Part shown: positions 62,701 through 64,000 of the stretch, in pieces | How the letters are laid out: each line of letters begins with the position of its first letter | How positions within the stretch are numbered: the stretch's first letter is position 1 | NCBI GenBank assembly: GCA_965261545.1 | Contig: CBDHDF010000007.1 | Span: forward strand, 384,001 to 448,000 | From: Bdellovibrionales bacterium | Lineage (GTDB): Bacteria > Bdellovibrionota > Bdellovibrionia > Bdellovibrionales > UBA1609 | Length of the DNA stretch: 64,000 nt | Direction of reading: 5' to 3' | Program-made: the position numbers and the translations under genes | Notes under the pieces: generated by a model | Told to the model about the DNA's origin: nothing | What the model saw: the letters and a program-made list of their open reading frames with translations, nothing else | The model's database searches: none

Positions 62701-63788
62701 TCTGGATTGGCTTGATTGGCACCATAAAATAGGCCTATCATATTGATGATATTGGAAGTCCTCCAATGACGTGTCTCCGGATTTGCTCGGAGGGCTAGGT
62801 AAAACATTTGTTGCATATTAGTTACATTGGAAGTATCCCAACCACTTGTATTTGGATGGACTCGATCAGCTCCCGAAAACATATACCCCATATTGGTAAC
62901 ATTTGATGTATTTCCTCCAAGAAATTTTGTAAGATTATCATTATCTTGAAAAGCATAAGATAGATCTTTCCACCCCATATTTCCTAGATTCATAACCTCA
63001 TATAGAAGATTTTTTGAAGATGAATTATTTTGAAATCCCTCACAAACACCTGTGATTGTGACTATATATTTTCCAAACTTTTTGTATGTATGCACCTTAT
63101 CGAGATCATCAAAAGAAGTCACTTCACTGGTGCTTCCATCTCCCCAGTCTACAGTAAAATTATAGTCTAATGATGAACCTGATTTAAGTGGAAGGGTGAA
63201 TTGATAATTAGATGGAAATTTCCATTTTGTAACAAACTGATTGATATCATTAGAAATAGAAGAATTTGTAACTGAGGCTGTAAGACTCCCCTCCTGACTC
63301 AATTGATGCTGAGTGACCGTCACTGTAACGGGATGAGAATATACATTTTGTACATTGAGACTCCCTGAAAATGTGTTGTTTTGTGCACAAGGAATATCTT
63401 TCTGCACATTCGGCTTTCCAATAATGATGCTAACAACTCCGAAACTTGCGTTGCAAGTTCCACTGACAGTGTAGACCCCTGCATTGGATGAAGAAATGGA
63501 GGGTAAAGGCCCATCAACAGTCAGTTTGGGTGCTCTGCACATATTGGTTTTCTTCTTTTCCAAAAAAATTGCATACTGTTTCCAACTTGAGCACCTTGAA
63601 CTTCCGCTGCAATTCTGTGGCCTACTAACTTCACTTGAACCTAAGTTTGCATTTGCATTTGCATTTGCATTTGAAACTGTATTTGAATAGGCAGAATATG
63701 TGCATATATAGGATGAAACCAGTAAAAGAAAAACAAAGATATTTAACCGTCTAAACAATGTTATTATATACGATATTTTCGTATTCAT
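53734..63788 (-). pseudogene. Giant DUF285/BspA-like surface protein (about 3350 aa, eight modules) split by a 1-bp frameshift near 60477
   Basis: ORFs 60351..63788 and 53734..60432 are collinear; adding one base gives DLPGIDSGDKLKEVVNLGSMGW, matching DLPEINSGGKLREVTSLGDMGW in the previous module. Confidence 0.85.
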
Positions 63789-63894
63789 TTTACATCACCC
63801 TCCCTTTAACTTGACAATCGCATTGACCATTATTAATATTAATTATATCTAGAAATAAAGAAAAATCAAAAATATTCTAAGAGTCATCTCACAT

Positions 63895-64000
63895 CAGGAA
63901 TAGTAGCTGCTCATTCCTTGGATAAGATACGAGGCACCAAGGCGGCGGCGACTGGAGGCGTACTTTGGGTACGTTGAAAGGAGCCACCGCCGCAGGTAAC
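63895..64000. other. GC-rich structured element cut by the window edge
   Basis: GCGGCGGCGACT...CGTAC-TTTGG-GTACG...AGCCACCGCCGC nested hairpin in AT-rich context. Confidence 0.35.

Overview
Bacterial chromosomal window in three parts. (1) 1-23.9 kb is a dense nested cluster of mobile elements: ISNCY/IS5-like x2, IS256, IS1634 x3 plus fragments, IS66, IS21 x2, ISL3, IS3/IS4/IS1/IS5 remnants and MITEs, and a complete 1873-nt group II intron. These are inserted into each other and into toxin-antitoxin genes. Many ends, target duplications and the insertion order can be read directly. (2) 23.9-42.7 kb is mostly housekeeping: lpxL, a Pro-repeat secreted protein, a membrane/spermidine-synthase-like fusion, mutL-miaA-yicC-gmk-rpoZ-spoT, a DUF285 lipoprotein, and an acetolactate-synthase-like plus aldehyde dehydrogenase pair. 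(3) 42.7-64 kb is a surface-protein island. It has three coupled paralogues that fuse a prepilin-type N-terminus to a Gly-rich fibre and a peptidase-S74-type chaperone, facing two giant modular DUF285/BspA-like genes, one split by a 1-bp frameshift. Best novelty candidates: the pilin-S74 fibre trio; a stop-free 510-codon same-strand frame overprinting a whole transposase in an IS that also carries a passenger gene; a DnaA-box hairpin shared by unrelated IS families; and tandem hairpin repeats in IS256 cargo. A Bdellovibrionota-like host is inferred only. All family names come from motif recognition, not database searches.
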